This document shows positions 25,821-42,575 of a stretch of 64,000 bases of DNA, one piece after another; position 1 is the stretch's first letter; each line of letters begins with the position of its first letter. A model generated the notes under the pieces. The model had not been told where the DNA came from. It worked only from the letters and a program-made list of their open reading frames with translations, and ran no database searches. A program made the position numbers and the translations under genes. Source of the stretch: Eledone cirrhosa. Taxonomy: Eukaryota. The DNA lies in contig OZ024740.1 in assembly GCA_964016885.1 (NCBI GenBank), positions 350,176,001 to 350,240,000 of the forward strand, written 5' to 3'.

Positions 25821-27464
25821 ACACCCGTCAACATCTGGCCTTTGCTCTGTTTAGACATGAGTGTCATTCTGTTCTGCTTTTTGTTTACGTTGTCGCCATT
25901 GTTGCTGTTGTAGTTGATGTTGCTTGTGTTGAATACATTTGTTTATTTTAGAGTTATGCTTTACATGTAATCGTGATACATTCATTCCTTAGTACCACGT
26001 TAATATATTTGGTGCTTTATAGCATTGTAATGTTTTTACACAGCATCTGAGGTCTGTTTCACAATCAACATTTTGAATGCATTTTATTAAGAGAGACATG
26101 AGTACGTACATACGATATTGTATAATTACTTCTCTCCTCTAACCCAAAGAGTATGCGAGTATAAGTGACTAGCATAGTGCTAAATAATTTGTAGAAAGGG
26201 TTATATGGTTACACTTGGTATAAAAACATTGAATTTCTTCACCGTCATATAAGCTTGTAGGGCGGCGAATTCGCATATTCGTTAAGACGTTGGAGAGAAT
26301 GCTTTAGTGTATTCTCCCCACCTCATTGCGCGCTCTGAGTTCAAATCCTGCCTTTCATCCTTTTTGAGGTCGATAAAAAAAGTTCCATTACTAGGGTCAA
26401 TTCTTCCTCTACAGTAAAAATCGGCTATGTTCAGACCTGGAGAGGGCTGGGCTCCACCAGATTTAAAAGTGCCCTAGACACGCCGTATGTTTTAATGTTT
26501 TATATTTGAAATTGTGAGGTTTCCAAACGCAGAAATCAACTACAGTAACACTCGATCACTATAATAGTTGAGAAAAATGTGTAAATTACCCTAAAAGACG
26601 GGATAACGTAGTGCAGGGGCTTCTCTAAGTTTAATTTAAGCCAATTCTATCCACTGTTGTTTATAGCGATCGACTGGTATTATATTTTCAAATTTCAAAT
26701 TTTAAACAATCTCAGTGCTTCGATAATGTTTTACTTTGACTTATAATGTAATTGGGTCGATTTTCCCCAATGTCAATTCAACTTTATTTATGCGAAATTT
26801 ACAACGTTTTTTCTGTCTATGCACAAGTGTGGCAATATAAGAAAATTGGAGAGATATCCGACATTATTCGGGTAGCAAATATGTAGACAAATTTTTTGTT
26901 ACATAATTTAATTAAAGGTTTTTATGTAATTCTTTCAGTATGTAATTATATTTGCAAACAATTTTATTATAAAGCTGATACATCTTAAGCTGAAGATTTT
27001 CAGGCTTCTATGATATGCGAAACTTTTGATAATGTGATTACTGATAATTCTAATTTTGTCACTAAAGAACATGTTATCATTATTTCTTATTTTGTATGTT
27101 ATCTTGTAAGTCGCCAATAATATGCAACAGATAAATGACATATTTCTAATAGAGAAGTCTTTTAGTCAGCAAACACATTTCTGTGGTTTGCTGCTCCGAT
27201 AAAAAGATGAATGATTACCCCAAAACGTGAGCATACACAATAATGTTGGCCATAAGTGAAATATATACTCATCATTTCGACTCCAGTGACCTTAACTGAC
27301 TGTCCATGGGACATGTTGATGGTTATAATGACACTATCACAGCAAGCTTAAGGCACTTGGAATGAAAAGTTATAGTTAAGATGAATACGTGGAATAAACA
27401 TATCTTCTTCCCTGACAGACCTATTCATAGTGGTAGCGTTGATTATATAGGATATAAGAATAAT

Positions 27465-27875
27465 AGGATTGCAAATACAAGCTGCTGAAATGGGGTTCCT
27501 ACGAATGGTCGCTGGAATAACGTTACTCAATAGGGTACGTAGTTCGGAGATCAGGGAGTCGCTCCAGGCTGAACCGATACTTCTCCAAATCGAAAGATTA
27601 CACCTCCACTATAACGGATATATATTACGGTTAAAACCAACGGGCAGGAGACCCAGAGGTAGACCACGAACGAGATGGTTGGATAATATCGATGAGCTTG
27701 GTTGGTCTCGCTTGGGTATCTAGCCAGATCAATTGGAGGCGGTTGCTTCTGACAGGACATGTTGGGAGGAGCGTTTGAGGACTCTGTCCCTATGACCATC
27801 TCCGGAATAAGGGGATGAAGAAGAAGGAGGAGGAGGAGAAGGTGAAGGAGAAGGAGAAGGAGAAGGAGAAGAAGA
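27465..27875 (+). mobile_element. RTE-clade LINE 3' fragment with purine-rich tail
   Basis: IQAAEMGFLRMVAGITLLNRVRSSEIRESL...GRRPRGRPRTRWLDNI is typical of the RTE-like ORF C-terminus; a (GAA/GGA)n tail follows. Confidence 0.8.
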
Positions 27876-27997
27876 AAAAAAAAACAAAAAAAAACGTTTC
27901 GTAGATAAAATGAAATAATATAAAATATTTTTAGTTTGACTCTTGCGCAATCAATTGTAAAGAATCCTAAAATATATATATAAAAAAAAAAAGCATG

Positions 27998-28069
27998 TTC
28001 CCATGCCGGGAATCGAACCCGGGCCGCCTGGGTGAAAGCCAGGAATCCTAACCACTAGACCACATGGGA
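27998..28069 (-). tRNA. tRNA-Glu-TTC: tRNA-Glu (TTC)
   Basis: Minus strand TCCCATGTGGTCTAGTGGTTAGGATTCCTGGCTTTCACCCAGGCGGCCCGGGTTCGATTCCCGGCATGGGAA folds into a cloverleaf; a T-run terminator follows. Confidence 0.96.
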
Positions 28070-29964
28070 ACTGACAATAGACTTCAAAATTATACACTAG
28101 TTGTAGTAGTATCGTAACATTTGTTTCTCATGCTGACTAAAATTCGATATATGCTTTTAGCTTATACCACCCTCGCCTTTATATTCAGTCACGCAGAAAT
28201 AGTTTCGTGACAGGGCGTCGAAGTTGTTATTCTCTTAATTTAAGAAAGAAATATTTCATCTGTTGAGGCATTCTAAATTGGAGAAAAAAATGAGGATATT
28301 TTGCTTTAGGCATCTAAAATCGAGGCAAAGAAAATGAAAGTGAATTAAAAATATATATTTACCTGCTTATTCATTATAGATGTTCCCCTTTTTAATTATT
28401 TTTTTCGCTTGTTCAGTTATTTTACGCCAGTCTCGACGACCCTTCCTCTATTAAATATATTTCTAATTTCATTTTTTTGCCTCAATAATATCTGCTTCGG
28501 TTGTTTGTTGCAAATTTAACTTTATTACGGAACAATTATTTCCATGTGTAACCGTAGAACCATGATTTGTTACATAAGTTTTGTGAGCTCGTATTTTAAC
28601 ATTGCTTTATTGCTAACATATTTTGTGATGTTTATAAACAAAGCTGTATTGCTCTCAAGTTTTATTTTCTTCACAGATCTTGAAAATTTTGGATCAGTCA
28701 GTCAGGATGTTTAAAACGTATCTTAGTTTGACATTCTTGTGCTGCATCGAATACTGTTTTAAAATTGTATGAGTGAAGCAGTATCATTAAATAATAGGAG
28801 GAAAGAGAGACTTGTAACAGAATCATTTGGACATGTACTGTCAGCTTTAAAACCCCCAATGAAGCATTCTGACAAAATGAATTTTACCAGGCAATATTCA
28901 AGAGATCGTGAAGCCTCTAAACTGACACCAACACGCAGTAGAATCATGGACAATATAGAGAAAATGTTAAGTATTTTGGCAGATGTTATGTACAGCTTCT
29001 CCTCCCATCCATGAAAATATTTTTCCAGCAAAAATTAAATTTATTTAATTAAGAATAGCTATGAAACACAATAGTTCGTTGCTTGATGATTTAAAAAGTT
29101 AAGGGCGTCAATGTGTACTCCCCTACTACTCTGGAACTTCCAGTGAATATGGACCCGTAACTGATGATGGAGTCAAGGGGTTCTTTAAACCTGGCTAAGC
29201 CCATTCCATCTCCATGTCTGAACACATCCAATTTTTTCCTGAAATGAAAGAGAGAGAGAGAGAGAGAGAGAGATTGAAAGAACGAAAGTCAAAATTGACT
29301 TTGGTGGGATTTGAACTCAGAGACCGCAGAAACCCGGGACGAGTATGAGACTGCATTTTGTCCTACGTTCTAACGACTCTGCCAATTCGGCGTCTGAAGA
29401 GTATTATAGGCGGTAAATTTAGTTATCTCCTAACATTATGTACTACATAAAACCACATTAGCAAGACACCTGTGAAAAGTTCAAAATAGCACTATGACAG
29501 CATCGCATTAAAAATTAAAATCTATTAATATTGTAAATTTCTACAACAATTTTGTATAATATTGACGATACAATACATATTTGAATTAATAATCATTTTT
29601 TTAGTTATTTTTCTCCTAAATAACTATCGGATGTCAAGAATTAATACAGATGAATATGAGGTACTTTGGAAATGTTTATCCTCTAAACTTTCTAACTCTA
29701 AGGAGGAATAAAAGGCATGAGAGCATAAAGCAGTAAAACGCACCTCATTCAAAATGGCTGATTAAGCAAATGCCTGTTTTTCTCTTGTAAAAGGAAATCC
29801 GTTTCTCTTTTTCTTGCTCTCGTTTTTCTTTTTATTTCTTCTATCTCTCATCAAAACTCTTCTAATACTTGAAGTGTTAAACTAATACAGATACCATCAT
29901 TATACTGTATGGTTCTTCTGTGCTGTTTTCCTCGTTGAAGATTTGCATACACACTCATACACCT

Positions 29965-30120
<156 letters not shown>

Positions 30121-30565
30121 TTATATACATACATATATATATATAAATATAAAATTAGCGAGAATCGCATTTCGGCGAGTAGAAATTAGCGAAACGCAAC
30201 CTCCGATTTGTGTTGGCAAGCGCTCCATGGACCAGAAGAGACGAGAGCCATAAACATAAGTTATAAAGGCCATACAAACTGAGACGGCGGTTAAGAAGCT
30301 ATTAACCACCTAAACCCGCCAAAAAGCGAGCAAGCTAATCGGGTCAAACAAAATATGATATGATTGAAATATTTAGCCGGCCCCATGGAAATGATGGTAA
30401 AGTCCAATACAGGGTTTCTGCGACACCTAAATCAATAATACTGTCTGCTTAAAAAAGATAAGCTTTTGGTATAATATCGAACAAGGATATCACGTTCTCA
30501 ACAGTCATTTTGTTCTGCGCCAGGATTAGAATCTCACAGTGTTTTGCAAGCACATACACATATAT

Positions 30566-30659
<94 letters not shown>

Positions 30660-30904
30660 AAAAGGTAAATAGAAATAACAACACAATCGGTACAGTATAT
30701 GGAAGGTATATATTAGGTTAACGCTTGATATAGCATATCTTTGCATATTAAGCAAAGAATCGCTTAATAACGGTTCTTATATATTCGATATATATTTATC
30801 CTTATCGAGCCCTCTTTGGATTTTAGTCTTCAAATTTATTATTATTACTATATATATATATATATATATAAATAGCGATTCTTTGCTTAAACTTTAATCT
30901 GTTA

Positions 30905-30968
<64 letters not shown>

Positions 30969-31033
30969 TATATGACAAGTAAGTTTGTTGTGAAACAGCG
31001 ATCGCAATTTGAAATTTAGTATGTGTGTGTGTG

Positions 31034-31077
<44 letters not shown>

Positions 31078-31080
<3 letters not shown>

Positions 31081-31819
31081 TCTTTAAAGCGATGAAATAC
31101 CAATGATGGTTGGAAGATCACTGATGAAGGACTAACTTTATTCATATGTAACCCATTAGCAACACCACGCAGCACGTTTATTCTCATATTTACACATATT
31201 TTTTCCTCCGCTGTGACCCGTCTATTTCGTTCTTACTGCTTCCTCTATCTCTGTATCTTTACCCTCTCTAACAGTCACGCTCTCTGTTAGCCTCTTCCTC
31301 ACCCTTCACTCACTCACTCTCTGTTACTACCTCTCCTCCTCCTCCTTCTTCCCGTTTGACCTGTGCGTAATTCTTTTCTTTCGCACCCTTGGTGAGGCAG
31401 GTTCGCTTTCTTTCTTTCTCTCGTTTACGATTTCACAGAACTCACGTTCACCGAATTCACAGACTAGATTCCTTCTTCCTCCCGTTAGACCTGTACAGAA
31501 TTCCTTCCTTGCTCACATTCCAACCAGGTTTGATGGTCTTTATTCTTTCTCGTTCACGATTTCACCGAACTTATATTCATAGAAATTTGGGACTTGACTC
31601 CTTTTTCCTCATTTTTCGTTGCTTCACCATCTTTCTTTGTTTACACTCTCGTGTCCCCTTTATTTACGTGTCCCAACAACTTTTTTTAGCCGTTGCTCGC
31701 ACCAACCGGAGGTATATGGTCTTTAAAGCGATGAAATACCAATGATGGTTGGAAGATCACTGATGAAGGACTAACTTTATTCATATGTAACCCATTAGCA
31801 ACCACGCAGCACGTTTATT

Positions 31820-31822
<3 letters not shown>
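31078..31822 (+). repeat. 639-bp monomer plus partial direct copy (family E), (TA)n-flanked
   Basis: tctttaaagcgatgaaatacc... at 31081 and 31720. Confidence 0.85.
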
Positions 31823-31873
<51 letters not shown>

Positions 31874-31903
31874 GACCAAGAGATAAAATGTCCCCATCAG
31901 TAG

Positions 31904-32023
31904 TCTGCTGATTATCGTTGGTATTTCGACGCATTAAAGACTATCTGCTGATTATCGTTGGTATTTCGACGCATTAAAGACTATCTGCTGATTATCGTTG
32001 GTATTTCGACGCATTAAAGACTA
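31904..32023. repeat. 40-bp tandem repeat x3
   Basis: tctgctgattatcgttggtatttcgacgcattaaagacta at 31904, 31944 and 31984. Confidence 0.92.
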
Positions 32024-32599
32024 TATATACACACCAAATGTCATGTCTGCACATTGCCTATTTTGTGATAACTTTATTAACTTAAATACTTTATAGACAT
32101 CATATATAACTAAAGCCAGGCGATCATCTATCTGTTAACCACATAAATATTTTAATGGAAAAAAAAAAGAAAAAACGCAACGATATTAAAGTACATTCAT
32201 AAACATTGTTCTCTCGACAATGGAGTTGAAGTGTCAGTGTATTTGAAATTGTAAACTCAACATAGTGTTCACGTAGATTGTATATACAACGTGTTTCTCG
32301 TTATAATAAAAAAAAAAAAAATGTTTTTAATATATCGTAAATTTTACTACTGTTAACCGCAACTAACACATACAAATTTCTTATAGCCAGCATTTGTATT
32401 GATATTTCCAGTTTCCGAGAGGCATTTGTTTTATTTCTTTTGCAGTAAATTTTCTAGTATATTTTAAAACGTGAATCAACTTTTCATACGCCGATAAAAC
32501 ACTTTGCTTTAACTATATCATATTTTATAAGTTATCACTAAAAGTATACATTAAAACTGTACATTTTTCATTGTCTTACCATTATCTATTTGGAGCATT

Positions 32600-32776
32600 C
32601 ATTATCGGTAGAGGGTCGGACGCCATGCTTTGACGCATTGAGTTACGGCCCTTGCCATTCTGAGTTCAAATCCCACCAAGGTTAACTTTGCCTTTCATCC
32701 TTACGGGGTCGATAAAATAAAATACCAGTAATACACTGTGTAATTGGTGGCCTTGTACCAAAAGTAGAAACAATTA
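32600..32776 (+). mobile_element. Deu/Nin-like SINE
   Basis: Matches the consensus at 46610-46790. Confidence 0.8.
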
Positions 32777-33406
32777 TTCTCTTAATGTCTTTTAACAGAT
32801 TTGCCATCTGTTCATTAATTAGTTCTGCCTCAATAAAATACTTTAAGATGTAACGGCAAACTAAATTTGAGCCTAATTTAGCGAAATCATTGTAATTCTC
32901 TCTCTCTCTTTACCCGCCCTCCCTCTCTTTCCTACTTTCTCACGATATATATATTTATATATTTCCACACAATACAATTAGTTAGCACCCCGAACGTTTA
33001 ATTAGGAATATACTCAGTTATTTCCTAATTGAGTGAGTTGGGATTTGGCCGGAGTATCGCTATTAGCTTTCTCCGATTATGTATTTATATATATATATAT
33101 GTTCCAAGGGCGGTGCCCCAGCATGGCCTCAGCCGGATGGCTGAAACAGGTAAAAGAGTATGTATATATGTATAAGATATATATATATATATATATATTT
33201 GTTTTCGACCACAGCCGAAATCCGATCTCGCTGAAATTATATTTATATGTATATGTATGTATACGTACAAATATATAAAAAACCACAAACCCGCCATCTC
33301 AATTCTGCTTTTGAAAAGCACAAGAACTGCGAAACCTTTAAAGGAACCAAATAAATATATTTAAAAAAAAAAAGTCTCAAGTTGCATTTTCGATTCCATC
33401 TTTTTT

Positions 33407-33442
<36 letters not shown>

Positions 33443-33491
33443 TAAAACATGTCTATAGAATCACCAGATAAAACATATACCATTTCCTCTC

Positions 33492-35527
<2,036 letters not shown>

Positions 35528-35799
35528 GATATATATATAACGGCGAAGAATTTATTTTGCGAGGATTTTGATATGAAATCGTGTGTCGAAACAAATATTG
35601 TTATACTTGGGGAGGCTCATATTGTTGTAGTAATATTGCCAGAAATAATAGAACACACTCACTGTTTGGTTGGTTTTCGCTTCTGCATCTTTTATATCTC
35701 CATAATTTAATTCATTTGGCCATCAATGTTCATCACTCTAACAAAGTTCTTTCGTTGCACATTTGTACCTCAACCTATATATATATATATATATACGTA

Positions 35800-35864
<65 letters not shown>

Positions 35865-35883
35865 ACACACACACACACGCACA

Positions 35884-35992
<109 letters not shown>

Positions 35993-36589
35993 CACACACA
36001 CACTCACATAGCTTATCTCACTATATAGAAATCATTTACAGAACTTTGTAAACGATTAATCATAGTTCTACATTTCAGTTTATCAGAGAATATATAGACT
36101 CATTTATAATTATTTAATAAAAATATTTCACAATAAAACAAAAATGCCCATCGTAATATATTACATTAACAAAGATGGTGATGATGTTAATGATAATGCT
36201 AGTTTATTTTAGGAACTTTAATTACAACACTGTTTGTTTATCTATCATAATTAAAACTACCTTGTTTAAATAAGCATACATAAATTTTACTATATAAAGG
36301 AGTTGAGCCTATATTTCAAACCTCTATCCATTACCGATCTAACAAATATATCTCTTTGATAATAGAAAAAGGGCCCTTAATCCTTGATGGACTCCTAGAT
36401 AGCGGGGGCCTTTCTGAAAAACGGCGTAACTTGGAGGAGCCCATCCCTCTCCTCCAGGTCTCGGAATACACTCAATTACTTCCAATGAATAAGAGAGAGA
36501 GAGAGGGGGCGGAGGGAGAGAGAGAGGGGGAGAGTGAGGGTGCGTGAGAGAGAGAGAGAGAGAGAGGGGGAGAGAGAGAGAGAGAGAGA

Positions 36590-36670
<81 letters not shown>

Positions 36671-36897
36671 AAAAGGGGTTAGAAGCAGGAATGATTCCTC
36701 TATTGAACTGGTATTTTATATATCGACCTGGAAAGTATAGAAGGCAAAAACACTGAGAGCGGAGGAATCTGGTACAAAGGTGGAGTCATTTTAAATCTAA
36801 TATCCGTAACCACTCAGCCAAAATACCATCATAATTTGTTGATTGAAGTGAAAAAATTTCAACGCTGACAATCAGTTAACATAGATTTTAAAATAAC

Positions 36898-36928
<31 letters not shown>

Positions 36929-37116
36929 ATTTATGTATATATATACATACTACTGTGCGTCTGTATACATATATGTATGTACGTGTACATACTTATATTT
37001 AAGTAACAGCCGTACTAAGAGTGGGAAATGAAATTTCGTTTCATTTTTTCCGTTTATCGTTTTCGGTGCACCCGGCCGAATAACCCACTCGATATGCAAA
37101 TTGGGCTACTCACCCG

Positions 37117-37207
<91 letters not shown>

Positions 37208-37212
<5 letters not shown>

Positions 37213-37291
37213 TAAGTTAAAAATGTACATCCACATATGTATACTGAAATACTAGTATGCATATGTGGATGTACATTTTTAACTTAATTGT
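37208..37291. repeat. Inverted repeat (32-bp arms) in a (TA)n-flanked module also present at 11968-12095
   Basis: acaattaagttaaaaatgtacatccacatatg ... catatgtggatgtacatttttaacttaattgt. Confidence 0.8.
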
Positions 37292-37355
37292 TTAAGCGTC
37301 AGTCATACAAAAGTGAGTTACAAACGAAACGAAATTTAATTTCGTTTCGTTATTT

Positions 37356-37443
<88 letters not shown>

Positions 37444-38284
37444 GGCGAGAGAGAGTGTGTGTGTGGGAGAGAAATTCAACATTACAAAAGACCATCTTTA
37501 ATTTCTACGTCCGTTTCAATGCAGTTACAATGGTATATGCATATGTAAACAACTGGAAACAATTAATTATCAATTATTAACACAATACATAATAGCAATA
37601 ACTGCATTTCTTCAGGAAAATGTGAGAAAGAACAAAGTTTACAAGTTCAAATGGTATCATGAATAGACTTCATATCAAACACTGAGTGTAAAAAAACAAG
37701 CAATTAAATTTAAAAGATAAAACATTTTGTACATGGAGCTTTTTCACCTTGCAAAATTATAGGTTGAGGTACTAATCATTACCCCCATTACTATTTCCAG
37801 TGTTATTAATTGATTTTCCTTATACGGTTAGAATAATATTTGTTGTTAGAGTGACTGGAGTGAAAATTATTTAAGAAGCAATAGCAAACAGTCAGCATTT
37901 TACATAAACAATGAATATATATAATATTCGTAAATTACTATTAATATTAATCTGATTTTAATATACTATTTATGTACAGAAGTGAAATGGCTTCATTCAA
38001 ATTAATCTGTTTATAACTGGCATTTTAAAGGAATTAAAATATTAATATATAAACAAGATGCGTCAGAAAAATGACAGGACTTAGTGATGTGTGAGCTATG
38101 AATGCGGTAGAGAATAGTGGGTTCCCTCACCACGTGACGTGATATCCAAGGAGTATATAACTGCGTCCTCAGCCCTCTGCAGCCATAGTATGTTTTTTGG
38201 TCACGTGCTTTCGTTAACAGCTCCTCAATTTTAGGCTGTCGATCGAAAGGAAAGTAAGGAAACGACCTGGAGATTCTGGTCCGG

Positions 38285-38455
38285 TTGTCGACAACACCAT
38301 CAGAAGCACTCGGAATACTACAGCAAGTGTACAAAGATGAGACAATGTCACGTCCACGAGTTGTCGAATGGCACAAAATGTTCAAAGAAAGGCACAAGGA
38401 TGTGGAAGACGACCCCAGGAGCGGAAGCCCTTCAACGAGAAGGACTGAGGCCAAC
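38285..38455 (+). pseudogene. Mariner transposase N-terminal HTH fragment
   Basis: EALGILQQVYKDETMSRPRVVEWHKMFKE...VEDDPRSGSPST matches the Mos1-type HTH and D..RSGRP linker. Confidence 0.82.
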
Positions 38456-38763
38456 TTTTTCGATTATTTTTCAGTTATGAACCTACATTGGAACATTCAA
38501 AATTTATAAATCGCTCAATGATTCTGTAAAAATATCATTGTTTACACACGCACACACACACACACACACACACAGACACACAGAGACACACACACTCACA
38601 TACGCATACATACACACACAGACACACACACGCACATAGACACACACACGCACACAAATAAACACACAAGCAAACACACACACTCACATACACACACACA
38701 CAAACAAACACACACACGCACACAAACAGACACAAAAATACACGCAAACACACACACACGGAC

Positions 38764-38816
<53 letters not shown>

Positions 38817-39153
38817 TATACATACATATATAGGTATATAATATTCTGAGAGGTTTAACTTGATACCTTTCTCTCACTATCCATACACACACTTTCTCTC
38901 CCCCTCCATCCCTCTCTCCCTCTCCCTCTATCTCTTTCTTGATATATTTCTTATTTTCCTACTTTCTCTCGTTCCCTTCACTTTCTTATCTTGTTCGCTC
39001 TTTAATAGTAATTGGATTAACCTCACACATCTACTGTTAACCTAGTCGCATTATACTCTTATTTATCTATTTATTTCATCTTTATTTTTTCTGCACCTGC
39101 AACCAATCAAATGCTTTTTTTTTTGTTTGTTTCTCCGTTTTTTTTTCTGTTCT

Positions 39154-39223
<70 letters not shown>

Positions 39224-39349
39224 ATGTGTGTGTGTGTGTATGTGTGTGTGTGTGTTGAATATTCATATTAAAGGTTTTCTGTTTCGTTCGCCCATTTTTG
39301 TCCGGAGATCGGGGACTGCAAACAACGGAGGTAGGAATTTTATGTATAT

Positions 39350-40390
39350 GATGTCCACAGACTCAACTAAAAACGTAAGAGTGAGTGGCCGATACTTTGA
39401 CGATTTGTTCTCTTCGGCCTGGCTAGTAACAAAGTCTGGGCTGCTAGCTGAATGCATCAGGTTGCCGCCAGAAAAGGTGTTACAACATGCGGCATCCCAC
39501 ATGAGGAGCCTACGCCCGCGGAACAGGAACATCGTTATGCCGTCAGGCTTTTCGCTTTACCCACCGTCCAGTTCCGCTGGCTCGAGCTGGTAAGAGAAGC
39601 CTTCGTCGTCCAGGCCATGCTTTATGATCTCGTCGAGAGCAGCGTGGCGTGTGAGGCGGCCAGCACTTTAACGGTATGACTGTGGGTGGAGACCAAAATA
39701 ATCCACAGTGGAACCGTAGCGGCATAAGTGAGGCGCACAGATCCGGATACCTAGCCTCAGGGAAACAACGATGGACAAGCAGTTGCTGTTAAGATAAGTG
39801 TCAGTCGAAAGTGACGGTACTGAGTTGATCCTGGCGCCACTGTAGGATTGGGAGGCCGAGCGAAAATACGCCAGACGGTGTTGGTCGAGCCAGTGCACCA
39901 GCCACGTTGAGGATATGTTGCACGCTATGGCGTCCCATTTGTTTTTCGGGGGTGGGGGGTGGGGGAGGCTGGCCGTCTACGGAGGGGGGGGGGGGGGTCG
40001 CTGGTTCTATGTCGTGTAGGCTGCCCCACGTTCCCTCATCAGAGTAGATTCAGTTGTGTTGTGGAGAACTTTGTTGATGAGGACACAGCTAGAGGTCACC
40101 GACGAAAGAAAAGCCGACATGGCCAGTGATACTGGCGACTGGAGACCTAGGTCGCCATATTTGACGGGATAGCTCGGATGCAACGTTAAGATCTGTAAAG
40201 AGAGATGTTTGGTTGTAGCAGGGGGCACTTGGGAGGTGTATAGGAGTTTTGTCATGGTGAAGCAGTTCCTTAACACATGTGGCGTATTCCACCGTCTTTC
40301 TTCCTGGGAGTGATGAGGCAGGCTGAAAAGAGGGCCCTCGTGAATAAGGGTCCAGGCTCCGTGAATGAACCTGTTAATGAGGGCCACAAT
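39350..40390 (-). mobile_element. Decayed CRE-like non-LTR retrotransposon (RT thumb region and restriction-like endonuclease)
   Basis: PVKYGDLGL...SAFLSS, SLRLG...C, RHAALDEII, RKPDG...WDAAC...AEENKSSKY across frameshifted frames. Confidence 0.72.
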
Positions 40391-41081
40391 AGTGTTTAGC
40401 AGCCGAAGTTTATATTACATTTATATCTATTTTTTCATGAGTATGTTAAATCTGTACAATACAAGTTGGACCTCAAGGCTAAAAAAGCGTTCGTACTGAT
40501 ATGGCACCCTAGTAGCAACTATATGGGTGTGAGTGTAGTTGAAGCCAACCTACATAAGTCTTTTTATTTGTAAATTTTCTACTCCAACCATAAATTTCAG
40601 TAGCACCACTCCACATAAATTCTTCAATTTAAGAATGACCTGTAGTATCTATTCATACTATTAACCTTAATTGAATATATATCTGACCAGGAATGCTTTT
40701 TGTGAAAATCAGTCATATGGAACTATTGTCATCTTGCCTGATGGTTTGAACTTTACAACACCACCTGCCTACAAACTGACCAACATTAATTTACCCGTCG
40801 AGGTTTACTTTGCCTTTCATCCTTACGAGGTCGATAAAATAAAGTACCAGTAATGCACTGGGTAATTGCTGGCCTTGTGCCTAAAGTAGAAACAATTAAT
40901 TTATTCCTAACAAGCTCATATGTCCCAAGGCTCTGATACCATCAACACTATAAACACAGAGCTGGCATATCTAAGAACTGACTAACTGCCTGATGAGATC
41001 ATAGCCATTCAATGGCTTTCATCGAAATATATATAGAATTAAATAAAAGATTATGAGTTCATGCAATTGACTTATGTTTCG

Positions 41082-41157
<76 letters not shown>

Positions 41158-41349
41158 AAAATGTTCAAGTCCCGACGGCAGAGGTCGAGCCGTTTCGACG
41201 GCTATTTCTGGTCCAGAAATAGCCGTCGAAACGACTCAAGCTCTGCCGTCGGGGTCTTGAACGTTTTCCTATTACCCACTCTACTACCCTAAGTTTTGAG
41301 TACTCTGGTGCGTTATGGTTCACCTGGTTCCTTACCACATTTCCTTCGT

Positions 41350-41472
<123 letters not shown>

Positions 41473-41800
41473 CCATATATTAATCGTATACTTCGGTACA
41501 TAGCAACTTATAATAAGGGCATCTAATGTTTGCAGTAGAGACCATTATTAAAAATACACCTTTTGTTAACTGGTACGTATTTTATCGATCGACTAAGATT
41601 AGAAAATGTCAGTTGAACTCAGAATGTGAAGAAACGTAACTAGATACCACCAGGTATTCCATTCAGCTTTGCTTTTACTCTTTGAATGCCACTTTTCTGC
41701 TTATTTTTCTAACTGTCTTTCATTCACTTTCAGTAGTTTGTGTTCAGAGAGGGAGAGAGGGAGAGAGAGAGGAGGGGAGTGAGAGAGAGAGTGTGTGCGC

Positions 41801-41841
<41 letters not shown>

Positions 41842-42079
41842 TGTGTGTGTGTGTGTGTGTGGTGGGGTGTATGTGTGTGCTCACGTGTATATGTGAGTGT
41901 GTGTGTGCATTACCATATATATCGGCAACCTATACCGTCGCTACTCCACAGATATATGCATGGAAAATTTAGGAGAACACTAGTGTGCAGAAATCCAGGT
42001 GCAAGCTGTGTCATGGTCCCAGGTGACAGAATTGATAAAGCGTTACCTCGGAAAGTAGAGAGCGAAACATGGTGAAATA

Positions 42080-42575
42080 GTCAACCGAATTCGGGGACCT
42101 CACTTCGGTGTGTGTCTAACTCCACTCCTGTAGCAGTGAGTAGGGAGGGGATTCGAGGTCCAAGAACAACAGAAGTCTCCAACACTATAGGCTCAACGAT
42201 ATACGTATTGAAAAGTGGCGGCTACTCCAGGAGCTTGCGATCTTCAATTGGTCGCAATTGCCGCTGGAGAAAGTGTGACAACATGTCGCGGCCCAGATGA
42301 GGATCTTACCACCTTAGATTGTAATGCCACCGCACCTATTGCCGCCCACTCCGTCTAAACCTACCAGCTACAGGTCGCTCTCCGACAGGTTTGCGGTCGT
42401 GCCCCATAGCAGTGGAGACTTCTGGTGTCCTTGGCCCTAGGGCTACCTCCCTACTTACCACCATAGGCGCTGAGCTGGTTATCAGCAGGTGTGAACCTCG
42501 CAAGATGGAATGGCTCTTCCAGCGCATCTCCCTTACCATCCTCCGGGGAAATGCCTTCTCCATTCTGTCCACTGG
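42080..42575. mobile_element. CRE-like element C-terminal fragments in opposite orientations
   Basis: Plus-strand 42391-42575 reads PIAVETSGVLGP...LFQRISLTILRGNA; a related piece lies on the minus strand at 42080-42290. Confidence 0.7.

Noticed and set aside
28677-29014. Possible exon or 81-aa ORF after a splice-acceptor-like site
   Set aside because: No recognisable domain and no supporting neighbouring exons.
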